In this document: one piece after another, positions 48,489 to 57,283 of the stretch
Numbering within the stretch: position 1 is the first letter of the stretch
Layout: every line of letters begins with the position of its first letter
Assembly (NCBI RefSeq): GCF_000737315.1
Contig: NZ_JMCB01000001.1
Span: 206,001-268,000 of the forward strand
Direction: 5' to 3'
DNA length: 62,000 nt
From: Hyalangium minutum
GTDB lineage: Bacteria; Myxococcota; Myxococcia; Myxococcales; Myxococcaceae
Made by a program: the position numbers and the translations under genes
The notes under the pieces: generated by a model
Told to the model about the DNA's origin: nothing
Seen by the model: the letters and a program-made list of their open reading frames with translations, nothing else
The model's database searches: none

Positions 48489-50264
48489 ATGGAACCACGA
48501 ACCTTCAAGACCGCGAGCCTCAAGAGCTTTCTAAACCTGGTCCTGGCCACACGGCCATCGCTGCCGCTGCTCCTCACAGCCCTGGGGCTGAGCCTGGGCT
48601 CGACGGCGGTGAGCCTGGTCGTCCCCCTCTTCACCAAGAGTATGGTGGACGGCTTCTCACTGTCGTCCCTCAACTTCACCCAGTTGGCGCTGATCGGCGC
48701 TGCCTTCGCACTGCAGGCCGGCGCGGGCAGCCTCTCGCTCTACCTGCTGACACTCATCGGCCAGCGGATCGTCGTCGGCATCCGAGACAGGCTCTGGAAA
48801 AAGCAACTGGCACTGCCCGTCCGCTACTTCGACTCGCACGGAAGCGGGGACCTCATCTCCCGCATGGTCAACGACACCGCCGCAGTGAAGGCCCTCATCA
48901 CCGAGAACCTCTCCGGATTTGTCTCGGGGATCATCGCCTTCGTCGGAGCCAGCTGCCTGCTCCTCTTCCTGAACTGGAAGATGACCCTGGTGATGCTCGT
49001 GGCCCTTCCCATCGGCATCAGCGCGCTCGTGCCGCTGGGCCGCACCATGCGCCGGGTGGCCATGGGCACCATGAACGAGAACGCAAAGTTCACGGCCATC
49101 CTGGCCCAGGTCCTCTCCGAGATCCGCCTGGTGAAGGCCTCCAACGCCGAGCCCCGGGAGTACCGCAAGGGACACGCGACCGTGGAGCGGCTCTACGAGC
49201 TCGGCCTCAAGGATGGGCGCATCCAGGCGCTGGTTGGACCGCTGATGTCCCTCGTGCTCATGGCTCTGCTCGTGCTCGTCGTCGGCTACGGCGGCTTCCT
49301 GGTCTCCTCGGGACAGCTCACTGCGGGCGCACTGGTCGCCTTCATCCTCTATCTGATCCAGGCCATCATCCCCATCGCGCAGATCACCGGCTTCATCACC
49401 CAGCTCCAGAAGGCTCGAGGGGCCACGCAGAGCATCATCGAGCTGTTGGAGCTCCCCGAGGAGAAGCCAGAGGAGGGCCTCCCTCTCGACTCGGCTCGCC
49501 AGCCGATCCGCTTCGAGCAGGTGAGCTTCAGCTACGTGCCCGGCGAGCCGGTGTGCCGGGACATGAGCTTCACCCTGGAGCCGGACACCGTGACGGCCAT
49601 CGTCGGCCCCAGCGGCGGCGGGAAGACCACCCTCTTCAACCTCTTGGAGCGCTTCTATGAGCCCGACTCCGGGAGCATCCGCATCGGCTCCGGGTCCCTC
49701 GATGCATTCTCCCTGGCCTCGTGGCGGAGCCGCCTGGGGTACGTGCCCCAGGACTGTCCCATCATGGCCGGGACGATCCGCGAGAACATCATCTACGGCC
49801 TGGACCGGGAACCCAGCGAAGAAGAGGTGATCGAGGCCGCTCGCATGGCCTACGCCGACGGGTTCATCCGCGAACTCCCCCGCGGCTACGACACCGAGGT
49901 GGGCGAGCGAGGCGTCAAGCTCTCCGGCGGGCAGCGGCAGCGAATCGCCATCGCTCGGGCGCTCCTGCGCGACCCCGACGTCCTCATGCTGGATGAGGCC
50001 ACCTCGAGCCTCGACAGCGCCTCGGAGCACTCCGTGAGGCTGGCCCTGCAGAATCTGATGCGAGGCCGGACGACGCTGGTGATCGCGCACCGCCTCTCGA
50101 CGGTGGTGGACGCGGATCGCATCCTCTTCATCGAGAAAGGACGGCTGACGGGGAGCGGCACCCACTCCGAGCTCTTGGCGAGCCATGAGCTGTACCGGAC
50201 CTTCGCTGAGAGGCAGTTGAGCCTGACCGACCGGGCCGAGGCGCTCGCATCCCCAGCGGCGTAA
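48489..50264 (+). CDS. Multidrug ABC exporter, fused TMD-NBD (BmrA/YvcC-like)
   Basis: Six-TM domain, EIRLVKASNAE, GPSGGGKTT, LSGGQRQRIAIARA, LDEATSSLD. Confidence 0.9.
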   Translation: MEPRTFKTASLKSFLNLVLATRPSLPLLLTALGLSLGSTAVSLVVPLFTKSMVDGFSLSSLNFTQLALIGAAFALQAGAGSLSLYLLTLIGQRIVVGIRDRLWKKQLALPVRYFDSHGSGDLISRMVNDTAAVKALITENLSGFVSGIIAFVGASCLLLFLNWKMTLVMLVALPIGISALVPLGRTMRRVAMGTMNENAKFTAILAQVLSEIRLVKASNAEPREYRKGHATVERLYELGLKDGRIQALVGPLMSLVLMALLVLVVGYGGFLVSSGQLTAGALVAFILYLIQAIIPIAQITGFITQLQKARGATQSIIELLELPEEKPEEGLPLDSARQPIRFEQVSFSYVPGEPVCRDMSFTLEPDTVTAIVGPSGGGKTTLFNLLERFYEPDSGSIRIGSGSLDAFSLASWRSRLGYVPQDCPIMAGTIRENIIYGLDREPSEEEVIEAARMAYADGFIRELPRGYDTEVGERGVKLSGGQRQRIAIARALLRDPDVLMLDEATSSLDSASEHSVRLALQNLMRGRTTLVIAHRLSTVVDADRILFIEKGRLTGSGTHSELLASHELYRTFAERQLSLTDRAEALASPAA

Positions 50265-50282
50265 GCTGGGCCTGGAGAACCC

Positions 50283-50957
50283 ATGGCCAAGATCATGATC
50301 GTCGATGACGATCCCCACATTCGCGAGCTGGTGCGGCACTTCCTGAGCACCGTGGGCTTCGATGTGGTCGAGGCCCCGGACGGCCGCGAGGCCCTGCGCC
50401 TGCTGGAGTCCGTCCGAGCCGATCTGATCGTCCTCGACGTGATGATGCCGCACCTGGACGGCTGGGATTTCTGCCGCGAGTTCAAGCGCCGCAGGGACCT
50501 CCCCATCCTCATGCTCACAGCCAAGGGAGAGACCTCGCAGAAGCTCAAGGGCTTCGAGCTCGGAGCCGATGACTACCTGGTGAAACCCTTCGAGCCGGCG
50601 GAGCTCGCCGCCCGAGTCAAGGCGCTGCTCAAGCGCTACCGCATCGAGGCCTCGCAGACCGTCCAGATCGGAAGGCTGTTGCTGAGCCGCAAGAGCTATC
50701 AAGTTCAGGCCGGGGACGAGAGCCTGACCATTCCGCCAAAGGAGTTCGAGCTGCTCTTCAAGCTGGGCGGCTCGCCGGGCAAGACCTTCAGCCGGGAGCA
50801 GCTGATCCAGGCCATCTGGGGGCCTGACTTCGAGGGGACGGACCGCACCGTGGACGTCCACATCAACCGGCTCCGCGAACGCTTCCCTGAGGAGCGCTTC
50901 GGCTACCGCATCACCGCCATCCGGGGGCTGGGCTATCGGCTGGAGCCCACCCCATGA
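50283..50957 (+). CDS. OmpR-family response regulator
   Basis: IVDDD, VLDVMMP, MLTAKG, DDYLVKPF, winged helix RTVDVHINRLR. Confidence 0.95.
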   Translation: MAKIMIVDDDPHIRELVRHFLSTVGFDVVEAPDGREALRLLESVRADLIVLDVMMPHLDGWDFCREFKRRRDLPILMLTAKGETSQKLKGFELGADDYLVKPFEPAELAARVKALLKRYRIEASQTVQIGRLLLSRKSYQVQAGDESLTIPPKEFELLFKLGGSPGKTFSREQLIQAIWGPDFEGTDRTVDVHINRLRERFPEERFGYRITAIRGLGYRLEPTP

Positions 50958-52030
50958 AGCCTCTGACCGTGCGAAGTCGATATCGCCTCAAGTTCATGCT
51001 GACCACGTTGGCATTCCTGACGGGGCTGGTGCTCGAATGGACACTCGTGTCGTGGCTGAAGGAGCTCGCACTGGTGGCGCTCGGCGTGCAGCTGAGCTCC
51101 TACGTCAGCCGGCTCATCGACCTGGTGGTCTCGCTCTTTCTCTTTGGCTTCCTCATGTCCTTCATCGGCCAGGCAGTCCGGCGGCAGCCGATGGAACTGC
51201 TCGCGATGCTGAGCGACGCCCTGAGCCGCATTGCCCGCGGGGACTTCTCCGTCAGCTTGCCGGTCGAGAAAGCAGGTGAGGCCATTCCAGAGAACAAGTT
51301 CCACCAACTCGCCACCAACCTCAACCAGATGGCCGAGTCCCTCAAGCGGATGGAAGAGATGCGCCAGGAGTTCATCTCGAACGTCTCCCACGAGATTCAG
51401 TCGCCCCTCACCTCCATCCAGGGGTTTGCCCAGGCCCTCAAGGGCGGCGGGCTGTCGGAGGAGGTTCGTCAGCAGTACCTCTCCACCATCGAGACCGAGA
51501 GCCGGCGGCTCTCGCGCTTGAGCGAGAACCTGCTGAGGCTGAGCTCCTTGGACTCCAAGGCCCACGCTCCCGCGCCGAAGCCCTACCGGCTGGACAGCCA
51601 GATCCGCCACGTCGTCCTCGCGGCCGAGCCCCAGTGGATGGCCAAGGGCCTCGACGTCGCCGCCGAGCTCGATGAGCTGGTCGTGTCCGCAGACGAGGAC
51701 ATGCTGAACCAAGTCTGGACCAATCTGGCCCACAACGCCGTCAAGTTCACTCCACCGGGCGGGCAGATCCGGATCGAGCTTCGGCGCACGGAGGGGCGAT
51801 TGCTCGTGCGGTTCTCCGACTCGGGGATTGGAATCTCGGCGGAGGACCTGCCCTTCGTCTTCGATCGCTTCTACAAGGCGGACAGGTCTCGCAGCCACAG
51901 CGATGCCTCCACGGGCAGCGGACTCGGGCTCGCCATCACCCAGAAGATCGTCGAGCTCCACGGTGGGCAAATCGAAGTCCGGAGCGAGGGCCTGGGCAGA
52001 GGCTCATGCTTTACGGTGACCCTCCCGTGA
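50954..52030 (+). CDS. Sensor histidine kinase, two closely spaced TM helices plus HAMP
   Basis: H-box SHEIQSPLTSI, N-box NAVKF, DSGIG, FDRFYKAD, GSGLGLAI; ATGA overlap with the regulator. Confidence 0.95.
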   Translation: MKPLTVRSRYRLKFMLTTLAFLTGLVLEWTLVSWLKELALVALGVQLSSYVSRLIDLVVSLFLFGFLMSFIGQAVRRQPMELLAMLSDALSRIARGDFSVSLPVEKAGEAIPENKFHQLATNLNQMAESLKRMEEMRQEFISNVSHEIQSPLTSIQGFAQALKGGGLSEEVRQQYLSTIETESRRLSRLSENLLRLSSLDSKAHAPAPKPYRLDSQIRHVVLAAEPQWMAKGLDVAAELDELVVSADEDMLNQVWTNLAHNAVKFTPPGGQIRIELRRTEGRLLVRFSDSGIGISAEDLPFVFDRFYKADRSRSHSDASTGSGLGLAITQKIVELHGGQIEVRSEGLGRGSCFTVTLP

Positions 52031-52073
52031 CAGGCGGTGGGTCACCTTGTCTTCACGTAGACACAGCCATCCG

Positions 52074-53332
<1,259 letters not shown>

Positions 53333-53371
53333 CGTAGACAACCCACGGCAGCGGCGAATGCGGAAGCGACG

Positions 53372-53449
53372 AAGGAGCGCACGCCGCGACTGGATGGGGC
53401 TGGGCTGCTGCGCCGGACTTTCGCGCTGGGAGCGGTGCAGGGGATCCTC
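53372..53449 (+). mobile_element. IS91-family transposase remnant (C-terminal region)
   Basis: KERTPRLDGAGLLRRTFAL joined to GAVQGIL; matches the recalled LDWAxLLRRTF motif, with the zinc-ribbon segment deleted. Confidence 0.6.
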
Positions 53450-53569
53450 GCCAAGCAGGACAGTCCCCTGCTCGCCCCTGAGCTGAGCCGCTCTGACGCG
53501 GCGCAGCAAGCCCGAACGCGCCGCCGCGAACCGAAGCAACTCCCGCTCTCGGCTGGCGAGAATTGGAAT

Positions 53570-54604
53570 ATGAGAACCCAGTCCCACCGCCCCCTCCTCC
53601 ACGTCGGCTCCACCGGCAGCCGCGTTCAGAAGGTCGAAGAGCGCTTGGAGTCGCTCGGCTACCTCAAGAAGGGTGCCGCCGACGACCGCTTCGACGCCGG
53701 CACCGCCAAGGCGGTGGTCAATTACAAGCGCGACCACGGCTGGACCGGGCAGCCGCAGGGGGTCGTCGGCGAGCGGATGGCTCGCTCGCTGAAGCACACC
53801 GACGCCGCCCCCACCGCCAACACCCCCACCGCCAATACCAGCGCTGCCACCACCGCCGGCGGCAAGGGCAAGACCCCATCGACGCTCAAGGGCGCGACCT
53901 ACAACGTCGAGCGCGACCGCAACCCCCAGCAGGTGCAGAAGTGGCTGGGCGACTTCGCCAAGAAGAACAAGCTCGACTTCGTCCAGGTCCAGGAGATCAA
54001 CGGCTACCACAAGGCCCTGGAGAAGATCCCCGGCTACCACCTGGTGACCTTCCCCAAGGCCAAGGACCACGGCGAGTCGGGCATCCTCGTCAAGGACAGC
54101 CTTCTCGCCAAGCACGCCGCGTCCATCCAGGGCGAGGGCGGCGGTTGGACCACCGTGCGCGGCGGCCACGCCCCGCCGCGGGCGGCCGTTGCCGTCCAGC
54201 TCGCAGGCTGGCTGAAGGTGGTCTCGGCCCACCAGCCGCCCTCGGTCGACTGGAAGAACGGGCACCCCGTCGGGCCGGAGAACCGGGTGAAGACCTACGC
54301 GTCGCTCTCCGAGAAGCTGCTCGCCTTCGCGAAGCGGCAGATCAAGAACAACCCTGATCAGGCCCTGCTCATCGGCGGCGACTGGAACGAGCCGGCGTCG
54401 ACCCGGGGGAAGTGGTCGCCGAACTGGATCGCCCAGCAGGCCGGCATGACCACCCACGGCGGCGCGAAGACCCATGGCAACGCCAGCATCGACTGGGAGA
54501 TGTCCCACGGGTGCCGGGTCTCGAACATCAAGGCCGGCCCGACCGGCGGCTCGGATCACAACATCGTCACCTTCTCCGTGAGCCGCCCGAAGGGCAAGCG
54601 CTGA
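53570..54604 (+). CDS. Peptidoglycan-binding domain + endonuclease/exonuclease/phosphatase (EEP) domain protein
   Basis: N-terminal LHVGSTG...LESLGY...FDAGTAKAVVNYK (PGBD-like), Thr/Ala linker, EEP motifs TYNV, QE, GGDWN, ID, SDH; no signal peptide. Confidence 0.75.
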   Translation: MRTQSHRPLLHVGSTGSRVQKVEERLESLGYLKKGAADDRFDAGTAKAVVNYKRDHGWTGQPQGVVGERMARSLKHTDAAPTANTPTANTSAATTAGGKGKTPSTLKGATYNVERDRNPQQVQKWLGDFAKKNKLDFVQVQEINGYHKALEKIPGYHLVTFPKAKDHGESGILVKDSLLAKHAASIQGEGGGWTTVRGGHAPPRAAVAVQLAGWLKVVSAHQPPSVDWKNGHPVGPENRVKTYASLSEKLLAFAKRQIKNNPDQALLIGGDWNEPASTRGKWSPNWIAQQAGMTTHGGAKTHGNASIDWEMSHGCRVSNIKAGPTGGSDHNIVTFSVSRPKGKR

Positions 54605-54613
54605 ACCCGCTTC

Positions 54614-55450
54614 TCAGGCCTTCGCATCGAACCCGTCGGTCGAGACCGCGAGCGCACGCCATGCGGCGACCTCCTCAGCGACCTGCCGGTTTTTGGCCTC
54701 GATGCGCGCCAGCGTGTCACTGCCCAGGGGCAGCCTCAGGGGCGGGTTGGCGGCATCCGCCAGCGCCAGGAAGGCCTTGGCCAGCTTGGCCGGATTGCCA
54801 GGCTGCGCGTGGTTCAGCTCCCCTGCCACCGTTCGCGTGACTCCGGACGTGGCGGCGTAGTCGGCGATCGGCTGGGCCACCGAGAGCGACTGCCCGTCCA
54901 GGAAGTCCGTGCGGAAGAAACCGGGCTCCACGACGGTCGCCTTGATACCCAGGGGGGCCAGCTCGACGGCCAGGGCTTCCGTGAGGCCCTCCACCGCGAA
55001 CTTGGTGGCGCAGTAGACGCCCCAGCCGGCGTAAGCGCCGTAGCCTCCCACCGAGGAGACGTTGATCACGTGCCCCGAGCGCTGGCGGCGCATGTGCGGG
55101 AGCACCGCGCGGGTGACAGCCAGCAGTCCGAACACGTTGGTGGAGAACACGCTCTCGACCTCCTTCGCGCTGGCCTCCTCCACGGCGCTGAGCAGGCCGT
55201 AGCCCGCGTTGTTGACCAGGATGTCGATGCGGCCGAAGCGCTGGATGGCTGCCTCGACGGCCGCCTGGATCTGCTCCTCGCGGGTGACATCGAGCCGGAC
55301 GGCGAGCAGCCGCGGGTGGTCTCCGAACTTCGCCTGGAGGCCCTGCGGATCGCGGGCCGTGGCCACCACGGCGTCGCCCGCAGCGAGGACCTCGGCAGTA
55401 ATGAGGGCGCCAAAACCACGAGAAGCTCCAGTAATGAACCAGGTACGCAT
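54614..55450 (-). CDS. Short-chain dehydrogenase/reductase
   Basis: WFITGASRGFG, LVNNAGYG, YCATK. Confidence 0.95.
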   Translation of the reverse strand: MRTWFITGASRGFGALITAEVLAAGDAVVATARDPQGLQAKFGDHPRLLAVRLDVTREEQIQAAVEAAIQRFGRIDILVNNAGYGLLSAVEEASAKEVESVFSTNVFGLLAVTRAVLPHMRRQRSGHVINVSSVGGYGAYAGWGVYCATKFAVEGLTEALAVELAPLGIKATVVEPGFFRTDFLDGQSLSVAQPIADYAATSGVTRTVAGELNHAQPGNPAKLAKAFLALADAANPPLRLPLGSDTLARIEAKNRQVAEEVAAWRALAVSTDGFDAKA

Positions 55451-55548
55451 GATGAGACTTCCTTTCCAGAAGGCCGCCGGACGGGTTCGTCGGCTGGCAA
55501 AGGAAAGGTAGCGGGAGGCATCTGGTGAGTGAATCTCTTGAATCCTCA

Positions 55549-55566
55549 ATGAGCTGATGAGTTCAT
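55549..55566. promoter_or_regulatory. Probable LysR-type binding site between divergent SDR and LysR genes
   Basis: ATGAGCTGATGAGTTCAT imperfect palindrome (14/18) in an AT-richer divergent intergenic region. Confidence 0.4.
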
Positions 55567-55573
55567 CTCAGCA

Positions 55574-56479
55574 ATGAAGCGAATCGATCCCGCTGCCCTC
55601 TCCCCCTTCCTCGCCATCGCGACCCACCGCAGCTTCCGCAAGGCGGCGGTGGAACTGGGGGTATCGCCCTCCGCCCTGAGCCACTCGCTGCAGAGCATCG
55701 AGGAGCGCCTCGGGGTGCGACTGGTGAATCGCACCACCCGCAGCGTCGCCCTGACGGAGGCGGGCGAGCGCCTCTTCGCGCGCATCCGCCCGGCCTTTCG
55801 AGACATCAGCGATGCGCTCGAGGATCTGAACGTCTTCCGAGGCCAGCCGATGGGGACGTTGCGCATCAACGCGTCCCGGCAGTCGTCGCAGCTGGCGCTC
55901 ATGCCCGTCGTCACGCGATTTCTCCGGGCTTATCCGGACGTGCGAGTCGAGATGAGAGTGGACGACGCCCTGAGCGACATCGTCTCGGAGGGGTTCGATG
56001 CCGGAGTGCGCTTCGGCGAGAGCATCGCTGCGGACATGCTCGCGGTTCCGATTGGCCCGCGGCAGAGGTCCGCCGTCGTCGGGGCGCCGGAATACTTCTC
56101 GCGCCATGCCATGCCCAGGACGCCGCATGAACTGCGCGAGCTGCCCTGCATCCGCTTCCGCTTTCTCAGCGGAGTCCTCTACCGCTGGGAGTTCGAGCGG
56201 GACAGCGAAGAGGTGGTGATCGAAGTCGATGGTCCCCTGACCCTCAGTGAGCAGGGGCTCATGGTGGATGCTGCGCTGGCGGGGGTCGGCCTGGCGTATG
56301 TCTTCGAGGCGCAGGTGAGCACGCTGCTCGCACAGGGCCACCTGGTGAGGGCTCTCGAGGACTGGTGCCCCTCTTATCCCGGCTTCTTCCTCTACTACCC
56401 CAGTCGCCGTCAGATCCCGACGGCGCTGCGAGCCTTCGTTGATTTCGTGAAGGCCTCGGCATCATCGGGAGACAGTTGA
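55574..56479 (+). CDS. LysR family transcriptional regulator
   Basis: HTH SFRKAAVELGVSPSALS, LVNRTTRSVALTEAG, substrate-binding domain FDAGVR, GVGLAYV. Confidence 0.95.
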   Translation: MKRIDPAALSPFLAIATHRSFRKAAVELGVSPSALSHSLQSIEERLGVRLVNRTTRSVALTEAGERLFARIRPAFRDISDALEDLNVFRGQPMGTLRINASRQSSQLALMPVVTRFLRAYPDVRVEMRVDDALSDIVSEGFDAGVRFGESIAADMLAVPIGPRQRSAVVGAPEYFSRHAMPRTPHELRELPCIRFRFLSGVLYRWEFERDSEEVVIEVDGPLTLSEQGLMVDAALAGVGLAYVFEAQVSTLLAQGHLVRALEDWCPSYPGFFLYYPSRRQIPTALRAFVDFVKASASSGDS

Positions 56480-56499
56480 GCGGCAGTGCCTCCGTGTGG

Positions 56500-56925
56500 C
56501 TACCCCGCCTCCCCGTCGCGGCTGGCCAGGACCACGTAGTACCCGTCTGGATCCCGGAGCCACATCTCCCGGTGCTGGGGCGCCGGGTTCACGTGCGGCT
56601 CCTCGACCACCGTCGCTCGCAGCTTCCGCGCCCGCTCCACGGCCGCATCGAAGTCGTCCACCTCGAACCACAACAGGACGCCATGTCCAACAGGTGCTTT
56701 GTCCCTCCCCTTGAGGTTGGGGTGATCCTCGTCCTCCCAGCTATGGAGCTGGAGGATCAGCGTGTCCCCGCTCATCAGCCGGTCATAGAAGAGCCGGTGC
56801 GGATGATCTGGGTCCCCGGAGGACTCCACTCCCAGCAGGGCCTTGTACCAGGTGCTGCTGGCCTTCACGTCTCTCACCGCGATCAGCGGTTGAGCGCGCA
56901 CGGGTCCTTGTTTGGATTCAGCCAT
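56500..56925 (-). CDS. VOC/glyoxalase family protein
   Basis: VRDVKASSTWY, LWFEVDDFD, LRDPDGY. Confidence 0.85.
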   Translation of the reverse strand: MAESKQGPVRAQPLIAVRDVKASSTWYKALLGVESSGDPDHPHRLFYDRLMSGDTLILQLHSWEDEDHPNLKGRDKAPVGHGVLLWFEVDDFDAAVERARKLRATVVEEPHVNPAPQHREMWLRDPDGYYVVLASRDGEAG

Positions 56926-57016
56926 ACACTCCTCGCTTGATGCCGCTCATCATGCGAGGACCGACGCGCCGCCGTCTTGAACGAAATTGACCCTTGAGGG
57001 GAACCGGCTCGCGTCC

Positions 57017-57037
57017 ACTTCTGACGCCGTCAGAAGT
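57017..57037. repeat. 21-nt near-perfect inverted repeat
   Basis: ACTTCTGACG-C-CGTCAGAAGT; the CTTCTGACG arm also borders repeat copy C (44940-44948). Confidence 0.6.
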
Positions 57038-57115
57038 CTGCAGCGGCTGCTTCCGCTTGGCCACCCAGCTTGGCCACCCAGCATGGCCGCGCCACCTTCG
57101 GGGCCCAAGGGGCTC

Positions 57116-57193
57116 GCCAACGACAGGCAGGGTCTGGAGCGGCTATGCCGCTACGGAGCACGCGGGGAGTTGGCGCTGGAGCGCTTGTCACGA
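57116..57193 (+). mobile_element. IS91-family transposase remnant (catalytic Y2 region)
   Basis: ANDRQGLERLCRYGARGELALERLSR, matching the LERLCRY motif; flanks do not continue as transposase. Confidence 0.75.
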
Positions 57194-57283
57194 GCGATCG
57201 ATTCTCGAGCACCTCAGCTCTTCCATCCTTCCTATGCGCCTCACACACGTTCGGACGGACGGAACGTTCGTCGAGCCGGTCCC

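Noticed and set aside
48657-50861. 734-aa minus-strand ORF
   Set aside because: Shadow of the ABC exporter and response regulator.
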